Below, piece by piece: positions 1 to 9,879 of a DNA stretch of 64,000 nucleotides. Location of the stretch: assembly GCA_965198005.1 (NCBI GenBank), contig CBDAOI010000003.1, positions 800,001-864,000 of the forward strand. Reading direction: 5' to 3'. The notes beneath the pieces were generated by a model. That model had not been told where the DNA came from and did not search any database. It was given only the letters and a program-made list of their open reading frames with translations. The translations under genes and the position numbers were made by a program. Each line of letters opens with the position of its first letter. Position 1 is the first letter of the stretch. This DNA comes from Spirochaetia bacterium. Its GTDB lineage: Bacteria > Spirochaetota > Spirochaetia > SZUA-6 > Bin103.

Positions 1-1
1 G

Positions 2-1036
2 ACTGACTACGTCGAGGGCAGCTCTATAACCTATACCAAGAATCCTGACTACTGGGGCTACGACGAAAAATACCCGGAGAACCGCTTGCCCTATTTCGAC
101 CAGATAAAGGGCCTTGCGTTGCCAGAAGTGGCAACAATGCTGTCGGCACTGCGCACCCGTAAGATTGATTTTCTTTCTTATGCCATAAGGAGTATCGACC
201 AGGTAGAGAGTCTCCAGCGGACCAACCCCGAAATCCAGATGTTTACGCATTACACCCGGTCGAATGAAACGTTTGGTATGAACGTTCAAAAGCCGCCCTT
301 TGGCGACATCAGAGTGCGTAAGGCAATGCAGATGGCGCTGGACCTTGAGACAGCCAACACTACCTTCTTTAAGGGTTGGGCAGAAATGACACCTTATGGG
401 CAGAACCGGGGACCGGGTCTTCACGTTCCATTTAAAGAGTGGCCCGAAGAGGTCAAGAAAGTCTTTACCTATGACCCGGAAGGTGCAGAGGCGTTGCTTG
501 ATGAAGCCGGATTACCTCGCGGCTCGGATGGCATTAGATTCAAGACCGTGATGACATTCAACCAAAGTTACAATGTGGCTTATGGAGAATTATGCGCTGC
601 ATACTGGCGTGACATTGGCGTCGAGGTAGAGCTTGACGTATTACCGGGCGCTGTCCAAAACCAAAGAAGAGGAGATAGGGATTACGAAATGATGACTACG
701 GAAGCGGCCTTCCTCAACCCTCCCTTGTCACAACGCTTTTACTCGGGATTCCACCACAACACCGCCAACCCACAAGACCCGTGGTATGATGCCGCGTATG
801 AAGCCCTCGCAAAGGCTAAATCCTTCGCGGAGTTTGAGGAAATGGAGCGAGAGATGGATATGTATGCGATAGAGAAGTTCTGGCACATATGGGGTGGTAT
901 GGCCCCACAGATTCTCACGTCTCAGCCTTGGGTCATAGGTTATAACGGTGAACTGGCCTTGGGTGCCGGTCAATATAGGCTGTCATGGTCCCGCATGTGG
1001 TTTGACTCAGCGCTGAAGGAAGCAATGGGTTATTAG
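2..1036 (+). CDS. Peptide/nickel ABC transporter substrate-binding protein (family 5), 5' end outside the window
   Basis: Frame is open from base 2 (TDYVEGSSITYTKNPDYWGYDEKYPENRLPY). Contains PPFGDIRVRKAMQMALD and YDPEGAEALLDEAG. Paralog of 17185-19005. Confidence 0.92.
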   Translation, partial: TDYVEGSSITYTKNPDYWGYDEKYPENRLPYFDQIKGLALPEVATMLSALRTRKIDFLSYAIRSIDQVESLQRTNPEIQMFTHYTRSNETFGMNVQKPPFGDIRVRKAMQMALDLETANTTFFKGWAEMTPYGQNRGPGLHVPFKEWPEEVKKVFTYDPEGAEALLDEAGLPRGSDGIRFKTVMTFNQSYNVAYGELCAAYWRDIGVEVELDVLPGAVQNQRRGDRDYEMMTTEAAFLNPPLSQRFYSGFHHNTANPQDPWYDAAYEALAKAKSFAEFEEMEREMDMYAIEKFWHIWGGMAPQILTSQPWVIGYNGELALGAGQYRLSWSRMWFDSALKEAMGY

Positions 1037-1085
1037 GGGTTTTGAGCAGCCGCGGCCACCCATTGTGGCTGAGCTCAGGGAAAAA

Positions 1086-1587
1086 GGGAACTGGGAGGCT
1101 CAAGCCTCCCGTTCCCCCACACGATGTCATTGCGAGGAGCGCTTTCTTACTGTCATTCCGGGCGGAGACCCGGAATCCAGAAAACGCAACCATTTGAAAT
1201 TACTCTGGATTCCGCCTTTCGGCGGAATGACGGGAAAGGGGGATACAGGCCTGCCCGCTTGCCTTCGCTGAAGCTTTAGCGCAAGCAGGCCGCACAAGGC
1301 TTTGGCAGGCGGGGGGATGGGGCCTTCACCAACGATGGGCTACAGGTGTTCTATCGAGTGATCCTTGAACCCTGGACAGGGGAATCAAGGGGGACACCCC
1401 CTTGAACCCCCGTTTCAAAGGGGTTTCACCCCTCCGAACTCCCCAAAACGGTGAGAGGCGAGTTTCTTGGCAGGGGTCATTCGCACCTTAGAGAGTGCCG
1501 CGCCCTTCAACTTCGTTCAGGACAAGCCCTTCAGTGGACGGGGCCGGAAAGACGTGGCAGGTGGATTGCGGTTTTCACCGCAATGAC
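1086..1587. repeat. Cluster of REP-like short palindromic elements
   Basis: Hairpin at 1086-1116; GTCATTCCG..GGAATCCAG / CTGGATTCC..CGGAATGAC inverted pair at 1152-1231; GTCATTGCGAGGAGC near 1127; GGATTGCGGTTTTCACCGCAATGAC at 1563-1587. Confidence 0.7.
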
Positions 1588-1651
1588 GGGGGAAATGGGA
1601 ATGACAAAAGAGGGTGGCAATAACGGGGGAAAGTGAAATGAGGTGTGTTAC

Positions 1652-2653
1652 ATGAGAGCCTATATCATCAGGCGGTTATTGCTGATAATCCCCACCTTGT
1701 TTATATTGAGCATGCTGGTCTTTCTCTCGGTGCGCTTCATCCCGGGCGATATAATAGACGTTATGTTAGATGACATACAATGGACGGCTGGCGATATTGA
1801 CCGTGAAGCTCTTGAGCGGATGCTGGGATTAGACGTGCCTGTGCACGTGCAGTATGGACGCTGGATAGGAGTGTTGCCGACCCCTGACTGGTTTACCGGT
1901 GAATCCCACTTTAGAGGTCTCCTCCAGGGCACCTTTGGCAATTCGCTGTTTGGTGGCGCTTGGGCGGTAGAGGAGTTGATAATAGGTAGATTGCCGGTAA
2001 CCATTGAGCTTGGTGTCATGGCAATCGTAATCGGGCTAGCGATAGCCCTGCCGGTCGGCATATACTCGGCGATTCGCCAGGATACGGCCGCCGACTACGC
2101 TGGGCGCTCCGCCGCCCTCATCGGCCTAGCAACGCCTAACTTCTGGCTGGGAATTATGGTCATGATATACCCGGCAATCTGGTGGGGCTGGTCGCCACCG
2201 ATGGAGTGGGTTCCTTTCACCGAAGACCCGCTGGGGAATCTGGGGATTCTCATCATTCCCAGCCTGATTATGGGGACGGCCATGGCTGCAGCCACAATGC
2301 GGATGACGCGCACCATGATGCTGGAGGTGCTACGGCAGGACTATGTCAGGACTGCCTGGTCCAAGGGTCTGAAGGAGAGGGTGGTTATTATGAGACACGC
2401 CATCAAAAATGCCCTCATCCCGGTAGTGACTATGATAGGCATGCAGTTGCCTATCCTGGTAGGTGGCTCCGTTATCATAGAGAACATATTTGCCCTGCCG
2501 GGGCTAGGTCGTCTCTTTGTGGTTGCCCTCAATCGCAGAGACTACCCGGTGGTCTCTGGAGTGAACCTGTTTTTCGCCACCGTAGTTATGTTGAACATTC
2601 TACTTACCGACCTGATCTATCCTTATTTAGACCCCAGGGTCCGTTATAAATAA
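1652..2653 (+). CDS. Peptide ABC transporter permease (DppB/OppB-like)
   Basis: MRAYIIRRLL start; MLEVLRQDYVRTAWSKGL EAA loop; LDPRVRY end. Confidence 0.95.
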   Translation: MRAYIIRRLLLIIPTLFILSMLVFLSVRFIPGDIIDVMLDDIQWTAGDIDREALERMLGLDVPVHVQYGRWIGVLPTPDWFTGESHFRGLLQGTFGNSLFGGAWAVEELIIGRLPVTIELGVMAIVIGLAIALPVGIYSAIRQDTAADYAGRSAALIGLATPNFWLGIMVMIYPAIWWGWSPPMEWVPFTEDPLGNLGILIIPSLIMGTAMAAATMRMTRTMMLEVLRQDYVRTAWSKGLKERVVIMRHAIKNALIPVVTMIGMQLPILVGGSVIIENIFALPGLGRLFVVALNRRDYPVVSGVNLFFATVVMLNILLTDLIYPYLDPRVRYK

Positions 2654-2671
2654 AGGGGGGAAACCGGAAAT

Positions 2672-3604
2672 ATGAGTGATTCCATAGGGATACCACCAGC
2701 AGTAAGTGAGCCAAAGAGACGAACCGGGCCGACCTATTTCTTTATCAGGCTGTGGAGGGAGAAGCCACTGGGTACTGTCAGCGGGATTATCATATTGATA
2801 TTGATTCTGGTGGCTATCTTCGCCGATGTTCTGGCTCCTTATGGCTTTCTTGAAATACACCTGGCAGACCGGCTGCAGGGCTCATCAGCCCGGTATCTGC
2901 TGGGTACCGACTACTTGGGGCGAGACTTCTTGAGCCGCCTTATCTACGGGGCTCGCATTTCGTTACTGGTCGGTCTGGCAGCGACCGCTCTCAATGTTGT
3001 GGTCGCTACCCTGATAGGCGGCACTTCAGGATTCCTTGGTGGTAAACTGGACCTGGCTGTGCAGAGATTTGTCGATGCCTGGATGTGTTTCCCGGGACTG
3101 CTCCTGTTGTTAACCATAATGTCCATAGTGGGGCGGGGTGTGCCACAGATAATAGTGGTCCTGGGGATATCAGGAGGCATTGGCGGCTCAAGAGTAATCC
3201 GAGGCGCCGTTATCGGCATTAAAGAGAATGTGTATTTTCAGGCGGCGGAGTCGTTTGGCTCTTCAAAATGGAGAACACTTGCCCGACATGTCGTGCCCAA
3301 TATTATGCCTGTCGTAATCATCATATTCTCGATAAGCATAGGAGGCGTAATCCTGAGTATTGCTTCTCTGAGCTTCCTCGGACACGGTCTGCCTTTCGAG
3401 ATTCCTGAGTGGGGAGGCCTGCTCAGCAGAGAAGGGCGTCAGTACATGGAGATGGCACCACACCTGGGTCTCTGGCCTGGTCTTTGCCTGACTATTACCG
3501 TTTACAGTCTAAACATGTTCGGCGACGCGGTGAGGGACCTGCTCGACCCGCGGCTGCGGGGTGGTGGGGGACGCCTGGGAGCCGATGCCGCCAGGTCGGT
3601 CTAA
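2672..3604 (+). CDS. Peptide ABC transporter permease (DppC/OppC-like)
   Basis: LLGTDYLGRDFLSRLIYGARISL; NMFGDAVRDLLDPR. Confidence 0.95.
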   Translation: MSDSIGIPPAVSEPKRRTGPTYFFIRLWREKPLGTVSGIIILILILVAIFADVLAPYGFLEIHLADRLQGSSARYLLGTDYLGRDFLSRLIYGARISLLVGLAATALNVVVATLIGGTSGFLGGKLDLAVQRFVDAWMCFPGLLLLLTIMSIVGRGVPQIIVVLGISGGIGGSRVIRGAVIGIKENVYFQAAESFGSSKWRTLARHVVPNIMPVVIIIFSISIGGVILSIASLSFLGHGLPFEIPEWGGLLSREGRQYMEMAPHLGLWPGLCLTITVYSLNMFGDAVRDLLDPRLRGGGGRLGADAARSV

Positions 3605-3700
3605 TCGGGTCTAATCGCGCCCGAGCGGGATGCGCGGCCGCCGTCGGAGCAGGTCGCCAAACTACAATCGAAGTGTCGAAGTGAATGACCCTAAGGAGAC

Positions 3701-6418
3701 ATGGTGACCCATGCCCACGTACTACCCTTCGATGCCCCTGCTGACGCGGCCTCTGCCGACCTCGATTCCGTCGGCGGCAAGGGGCTGTCGTTAGCACGAC
3801 TGACGGCCGCGGGATTCGCAGTCCCGGCAGGCTTTACAGTCACGACCGCCGCGTACCGGCAGTTCGTTTCTGACGACGACCTTCAGCAGGCCATCATCGA
3901 TCTGGCAAAACCGGAACTGGTGGGCACAGCGGTGTCTTTCGATTCCGCCTCGCAACGTATCCAGTCGTTGTTTGCCAAAACCGATCTGAGTGATGCGCTG
4001 CAGGGGCAGATCGCGGCGGCCTATGCCGCCCTGGGCGACGGCGAACCACCGGTTGCGGTGCGCTCCTCGGCCAACGCGGAAGACCTGCCGGATCTGTCGT
4101 TCGCGGGGCAGCAGGACACCTATCTCAACATACGCGGTAGCGATGCGGTGTTCGAGGCGGTACGCGACTGTTGGGCGTCTCTGTGGACCGCACGGGCCAT
4201 CAGTTACCGGCACGAGCATGCCATCGCCCAGGAGGCAGTTGCCATGGCGGTGGTGGTGCAGATGATGGTGCCCTCGGAAGTCTCCGGCATCCTCTTTACT
4301 GCCAACCCCGCCACCGGGGAGCGGTCCGAGATCATCGTCAATGCCAGCTTTGGGCTGGGCGAGGCGATTGTCGGCGGCGAGATTACCCCCGATACCTACA
4401 TCATCGATCGGGACACGTTGGCAGTCCGGGAGACCATCCTCGGCAGCAAGGAGCACATGCTGGTGTCCGCTGCAGGCCAGGGTACCGACACCCGGGAGTT
4501 GAGCGCAGCGGAGCGGGACCAGTCGTCGCTGGCGGAGCCGGTGTTGCGGGAACTGGCCCAACTCGCCATCGCCGTGGAGCGGCACTTCGGCCAGCCCCAG
4601 GATATCGAGTGGGCAGTCGTCAACCGGACACTGTCGCTGCTGCAGTCGCGCCCGATTACCAACCTGCCTACGGCACCGCTGAAGGAGGTCCGCTGGGAGA
4701 AGCCCGACATGCCGGATTGGGTCCCGGAAAATCCACTGCTGCGAAAAAACCTGGTGGAGCATATCCCGGGTCCGGTCTCGCCGCTGTTCGAAGATCTCTA
4801 CCTGAAGGATGCGGTGGGCGGTCGAGCGGCCAACGGTAATCATTACGCTGTCAATGGTTATGCGTACTGGACGCTGGGTACGCCCCCAGGTGTGGAACCG
4901 ATAACTTTCGGCGTGAGCCCCGGGTCTGCGACCGAACTGACCTCTACTATCGCGAATATGAAGCTCTATATCTATAAGACGCCGCCGGTAAACGCAGTAA
5001 GGGCTACGCCTCCTGTGGGCAACCATATCTACAGTACTAGCAAATGGGCCAAGGTTTACGCCGAGCGGTATGATTCGTGGCGCAAGGAAACGTTGCCCGC
5101 GTACCTGGCCGTGATTGATGAGTGGCAGCAGGTGGACCCGCAGGCAGCATCGGATGTGGCACTGCTGGATGGCATGTGTGCCCTGGCAAGAGCGGATGGT
5201 GAGACCTGGTGGTCGCCCTCAATGAGACTGGAATCGATGGTCAGCCGTGTCGGCACGGTGTGGGTCATGAATATGCTGCGGCGTGCCGAAATCATATTCC
5301 ATGATTTTCTGCAGAAAGCGGCCCCGGGGAAGGGGTTTAGCAGCGGCCAGTTCCTCAGTGGCCTGCGCTCGATCTCCATGGAAGCCCAGGACGAGATCTC
5401 CGATATTGCCGAACTCATCCGGGCAGATGAGGGACTCCTTGAGCTCGTGCTGACGACTCCCGCACAACGGCTGCTACCCGCGTTGCGTGAGCGCTCAGAG
5501 GCAGAGTTGACCGTTCAGGCGATCGATCAGCATCTGGAGCGCTACGGGCATCAGATCACTACGCTCGACTTCGCCGAACCAACGCTTGCGGAAGACCCCT
5601 TGCCGGTGATGTTGAACCTGAAGGCAGTGGTCCAGGACACCGACCACGACCCGGCCGCCACGCAGATCGACCTCGCCAGGCGACGTCAGGCGGCCCTGAG
5701 GGAGGCGAAGCAGGCCTTCAGCGACGAAGACTGGCGGGAATTGTGCGAGTTCCTCTGGGTCATGAAGCGCGCCTATCCTGATCGCGAACAGGCGCTGTTT
5801 TACCTGGGGGCCGGATGGCCGACGCTGCGGCGGCTCGCACTCGAACTGGGGCGCCGTCTGGTCGAGGCCGGCACCCTCACCCAGCCGGACGATCTCTTCT
5901 ACCTGTGGAGAGCAGAGCTGGAAGAGGCCATCGCGGCGCGCCAGGCGGGTCAGGCGCTGCCGGAACTCAAGGAACGTGTCGCCGAACAGCGCGAACTGCA
6001 GCAGGCGCGCCTGCGGCTGGTGCCACCGAACGCGGTGCCACCGGAAGAAGGTGTCGGGCCTGGCTGGGGCAAGACCGCCAACGACGCGGACAGCGACAGC
6101 TTAAACGGCAACGCCTGCAGTCCCGGCCAGATCACCGCACGCGCCAGCCTCGTCATGTCCCCGGCCGATTTTGCGAAGATGCAACCCGGCACCATCCTGG
6201 TGTGCCCGATGACCACTCCCGCCTGGACGCAGCTGTTCTCCCAGGCCAGGGGTCTGGTGACCGATATCGGCAGCATCCTCACCCATGGCTCGATCGTGGC
6301 CCGTGAGTACAACATCCCCGCCGTGCTCGGACTCGGGATTGCCACCAAGAGGATCAAGCACGGGCAGATGATCCGTGTGGATGGCGACAACGGGGTGGTC
6401 GCTCTCCTCGACGAGTGA
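3701..6418 (+). CDS. PEP-utilizing phosphotransferase with rifampin-phosphotransferase-like architecture (ATP-grasp, central substrate domain, His swivel)
   Basis: VGGKG, VAVRSSANAEDLPDLSFAGQQDT, DIEW, LLQSRPIT, and C-terminal THGSIVAREYNIPAV. AAGGAG RBS upstream. Confidence 0.85.
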   Translation: MVTHAHVLPFDAPADAASADLDSVGGKGLSLARLTAAGFAVPAGFTVTTAAYRQFVSDDDLQQAIIDLAKPELVGTAVSFDSASQRIQSLFAKTDLSDALQGQIAAAYAALGDGEPPVAVRSSANAEDLPDLSFAGQQDTYLNIRGSDAVFEAVRDCWASLWTARAISYRHEHAIAQEAVAMAVVVQMMVPSEVSGILFTANPATGERSEIIVNASFGLGEAIVGGEITPDTYIIDRDTLAVRETILGSKEHMLVSAAGQGTDTRELSAAERDQSSLAEPVLRELAQLAIAVERHFGQPQDIEWAVVNRTLSLLQSRPITNLPTAPLKEVRWEKPDMPDWVPENPLLRKNLVEHIPGPVSPLFEDLYLKDAVGGRAANGNHYAVNGYAYWTLGTPPGVEPITFGVSPGSATELTSTIANMKLYIYKTPPVNAVRATPPVGNHIYSTSKWAKVYAERYDSWRKETLPAYLAVIDEWQQVDPQAASDVALLDGMCALARADGETWWSPSMRLESMVSRVGTVWVMNMLRRAEIIFHDFLQKAAPGKGFSSGQFLSGLRSISMEAQDEISDIAELIRADEGLLELVLTTPAQRLLPALRERSEAELTVQAIDQHLERYGHQITTLDFAEPTLAEDPLPVMLNLKAVVQDTDHDPAATQIDLARRRQAALREAKQAFSDEDWRELCEFLWVMKRAYPDREQALFYLGAGWPTLRRLALELGRRLVEAGTLTQPDDLFYLWRAELEEAIAARQAGQALPELKERVAEQRELQQARLRLVPPNAVPPEEGVGPGWGKTANDADSDSLNGNACSPGQITARASLVMSPADFAKMQPGTILVCPMTTPAWTQLFSQARGLVTDIGSILTHGSIVAREYNIPAVLGLGIATKRIKHGQMIRVDGDNGVVALLDE

Positions 6419-6431
6419 CGGTGGGCCATTA

Positions 6432-7123
6432 ATGAAGATTCTGGTCAAGAACGACGATGGTATTGATTCGCCCGGCATCCGGGCTCTCGCCGAAGCGATG
6501 AGCCGGGTCGAGGAGGTGCTCATCGTGGCACCGGACCAGGAGCAGAGTGGCGTTGGCACCGCCATATCCTTTCATAACGGCCTTGCTGCTGCGAAACGAG
6601 ACACTGCCATCGAGGGGGGGCGCGCATATGCGGTCAGTGGCACACCGAGCGATTGTGTGATCCTTGGCCTCGGGCCACTGGCCGACGGGACTATCGATCT
6701 GGTCGTGTCCGGCATCAACGCGGGTTGCAACGTCGGCAACGGTGTCCTGGGATCGGGGACCACCATGGCCACCCGAGTGGCTCACGCCGGCGGTGCCAGG
6801 ATCCCGTCAATTGCCATCTCGCTGAGCCTACATGGGCCAAAGGATCACCGAGAGCCGCTCTTCCACCTTGCTACCACGGTCTCGGAGTTGCTGGCGCGCA
6901 GTATGGCAGAGGGAGAAATACCGGCCGGCACTACGCTCAACGTGAACGTCCCCAGTGTCCCCAGCGGAGAGATCCGCGGCGTCGCCGTCACCAGAGTTAC
7001 TGGCGATTGAGAACCGAACAGGACGGCGATGGTCTTTACCACAACAAGCTCTCCGCAATCGCAGCGGACCATCCCGACATCGTAGAGGGGACCGATGTCT
7101 GGGCTCTGAATAGGGGGCTCATC
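6432..7123 (+). pseudogene. surE: 5'/3'-nucleotidase SurE, frameshifted near 6997 and truncated by a mobile element at 7124
   Basis: MKILVKNDDGIDSPGI, APDQEQSG, GTPSDCV, SGINAG, SGT. The C-terminal EGTDVWALNRGLI motif lies in another frame. Confidence 0.88.
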
Positions 7124-7242
7124 TGTTTCCAGCCAGTCGCTGTTTCCAAACCGTGCCAAGCAGGATTGCCAGCGCGTGCCAGCGTGTGATGCTGGTGTCC
7201 GCCAGCGGCGAACGCCAGCGGTGCCGGCTGTCGCGGTTTAGT

Positions 7243-8040
7243 TTAGTCGTGGAGTTCATCGGTAACGATGTTGGTGGAGTCGATGATGCTGATGTCGTTG
7301 ACGACGGCGTGGAGGATGGAACGATAGCAGACGGCGTTGACCAAGCGCGGCACGCCGCCGGCGTGGCGGTGAATGTCAGCTTTGGCATCATCGGCGAAGA
7401 TCGAGGCAGGGCGGCCACAGCGGACGGTGTGGTGGTCGATGTAGCGACAGGTCTCCTCCAGAGCCATGGCCGGCATGTGATAGGAGATACGGATGCGCTG
7501 GCGCAAGGAAGCGAAGGAAACATATCTGAGCAACTCGCGCAGCTCGGGTTGGCCGGCGAGGACGAAGGTGATGGAGTTTTTGGTGTCGAAGGCAAAGTTG
7601 ACCATGTTCTTGATGGCCGCCAGGGCGGTGGGGGCGAGGTCCTGGGCATCGTCGAGGATAATCAGTGGTTTCTTGGTCTGCTCGGGGATGGTCTTGAAGA
7701 ACAGCTGCCTGGCCTGGCCGGCGAAGAAGGGCGGGTCGATCTTCATCTCATTGAGGATTGCCTTGTAGAGCTGGGCTTCCGAGAGGCCGGCGCCGCGGAC
7801 ATAGAGGGGGCGGTAGCGGTTGCCGTCGAGTTCGCTAACGAAAGCGGCGAGGGCGACCGACTTGCCGGAGCCGATGGGGCCGGTGAGGAGCAGGAGATCC
7901 TCGTCAGCAACCCCGAAGGAAAGGCGGGAGAGCGCCTCCTGATGGGCGGCGGAGGGGAAGGTATCGGCAGGGCCGAGGTGTTTGCCGAACGGCAGCCGAG
8001 AAAAGCCGAAGAAGGCGAGGACTTGATCATGCATCTGCAT
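7243..8040 (-). CDS. ExeA-family AAA ATPase (transposition helper)
   Basis: FFGFSRLPF, Walker A GPIGSGKS, Walker B IILDDAQ, LAGQPEL, LRQRI, GGVPRLVN. Confidence 0.88.
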   Translation of the reverse strand: MQMHDQVLAFFGFSRLPFGKHLGPADTFPSAAHQEALSRLSFGVADEDLLLLTGPIGSGKSVALAAFVSELDGNRYRPLYVRGAGLSEAQLYKAILNEMKIDPPFFAGQARQLFFKTIPEQTKKPLIILDDAQDLAPTALAAIKNMVNFAFDTKNSITFVLAGQPELRELLRYVSFASLRQRIRISYHMPAMALEETCRYIDHHTVRCGRPASIFADDAKADIHRHAGGVPRLVNAVCYRSILHAVVNDISIIDSTNIVTDELHD

Positions 8041-8850
8041 CGTGGTGCTCCTGGTCGTTGGTACGGAACTGAGCGAACGAAGTCTGGTTGCGGTCGCGGA
8101 GCTGGGCGTGGTGCTGCTCGCGCAGGCGGGTGAAGTAGTCACGCGCGGCGGCCGACACCTCAGGCGGCTTGGCGGGGGACTCCTCGGGGACCGCCGGCAC
8201 TTGTGTGGAGACCTGTTTGGAAGCGCTGGTGGTCTCCAGCCGGCCGCCGCCGGGGACGTAGATGGCCAGCTGGGCGAGGTCGTAGGGGTCGAAGCGGACC
8301 TCGACGACGCTGCCATGAGGAACGGCGGTGACAGGGTATTGGTTGCCGTGCAGCTTGATCCTGCCGTACTTGCTGACGGTGCGCCGTTCGCGCCACAGGA
8401 ACAGGGCGTTGAAGGTCTCCAGATCGGTGATGCGGCGGTGGTCGGCGGGCAGCCCGTCGCGGAAACGTGCATCGGGACTCTGGCCGGTGGCTGAGTGGAC
8501 GCGGACGTTGTATTCGAGATCCATCCAGGCCCAGAAGGCGGAGTTCAGTTCATCGAGAGTACGCATCCCGGCGACTTGAGCCTCGCGTTGGAACTGGTTC
8601 TTGATGATCTTGTTGGCGGCCTCGACCTTGCCCTTGCAATAACTTTGATAGGGCGGGTGGCGCACTCGTTTGACCTGTAACTCGACCAGGATGGCGAGCA
8701 TGTGGCGTGAGATGTAAACTTTTCCGTTGTCGACATAGCACCGAGCCGGCACGCCGTAGCGCAGAACGCAATAGCGGAAGCTGTCCATCAGGGCGGGCAG
8801 CTTCTCGTCGAAATAGTACTTGCCGAACAGGATTTTGCGGGAGAAGTCGT
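8027..8850 (-). pseudogene. rve/Mu-like DDE transposase, N-terminally truncated
   Basis: DFSRKILFGKYY, YVDNGKVY, KGKVEA, YNVRVHSATGQSP, and Mu-transposase C-terminus VEVRFDPYD. Interrupted at 8851. Confidence 0.85.
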
Positions 8851-9272
8851 TGTCAGCGCCCGCGCTCTGGTAGTGGAAACTGGATAGAATTCTCGCTTTG
8901 CTGTAGGTGAGACTGAGCAGAGAGAAGAAGGGAGACCGGGAATCAGTGGTTGGACCCCACCCGGTCTCCCCTCAACCAGTACGATACTCATACTTGATAT
9001 AGCCCAGGAAAGCTACCACTTCGCTGAGCTCCGAGATAGCTGGCAGCGCGTACTCCAGGGGCTGGGGTGTCCGGCGTGCGGCAGCACCCGATTGGGGCAT
9101 CACAGCAGCTACGAGAAGTACCTGTACGAGCAGCCGCTAGCGATTCTGCGGCTGCGCTGCTGGGGGTGTGGGCGCACCCATGCCGTGATCCCCTCCTGGT
9201 CGCTGCCGGACACCTCGGTGGGTACCGCAGAGGTAGAGCGCTACCTGATAGATCGCGAGCGCGGCGCCAGCC
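8851..9272 (+). mobile_element. Left end of a second element with a truncated Zn-finger (DUF6431-like) gene at 8981-9283
   Basis: TGTCAGCGCC terminus; hairpin at ~8930-8970; reading frame (ACG)ILILDIAQ...CPACGSTRLGHHSSYEKY...CWGCGRTHAVIPSW. Confidence 0.6.
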
Positions 9273-9386
9273 GCCCCCGATGAGGCCGACAGCTTGAGCG
9301 GACCAGAGGTCGCGCACCAACCACTGGGGGGCGTCGCGCTGGGGATCGATAGCATGGACGGGAACGGTGGGCAGCGCAGTGGTCAT
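9273..9386 (-). pseudogene. N-terminal fragment of an AAA_25/RepA-like ATPase
   Basis: MTTALPTVPV...WLVRDLWSAQAVGLIGG breaks off at the Walker A motif. ATGA overlap with the upstream exeA-like gene. Confidence 0.55.
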
Positions 9387-9751
9387 GGCCATAACGACTT
9401 GCGGGCCGCGATCACGTCACCGGTACTGACGGTGGTGGCGGAGGTCTTGGCGGCGTACTGCAGCGCCGCCAGGGCCAAGCGGTCGATGGCGCGCAGGTTG
9501 CCGCGGCTCATTTCGAAGATGGTTTCCTGTGCATCGCCGTCGAAGGGATTGGTGCGAGCGCCGGCGAGGGTGCAGCGATGCTCGACGTAGGCGCGGGTCT
9601 CATCCCGGGAGAGCAGGCGCAACTCGGCGTAATGCGCCAAGCGGTGCGCGATGGCGGCTTGGTCAGGACGCCGCAGGAGCTGTCTGAGGGGTGGCTGACC
9701 GGCCAGCACCAGGGACACGACCAGGCGACTGTCCATTTCGAAGTTCGTGAG
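9383..9751 (-). pseudogene. C-terminal half of a second ExeA-family ATPase, cut by a RIT element
   Basis: LTNFEMDSRLVVSLVLAGQP, LSRDETRAYVEHR, SRGNLRAID. Confidence 0.8.
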
Positions 9752-9879
9752 ATATGCCGCTAGCGGCATATTGACCCTATGCCGACCGCCCGATTATGCC
9801 GCGTGGTGGAGCACGGGCGGGTATTCCGTGTGTTCCAGCAGGTGCAACGGCGGTGAACGCGCCGTGAGGGTCGGCATAA

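Larger units (their letters stand above)
7124..8850 (-). mobile_element. Remnant of a DDE-transposase plus ExeA-AAA element (downstream end present)
   Basis: TGT terminus at 7124; TGTTTCCA twice; several GCCAGC repeats up to ~7230; carries ATPase and transposase genes. Confidence 0.7.
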
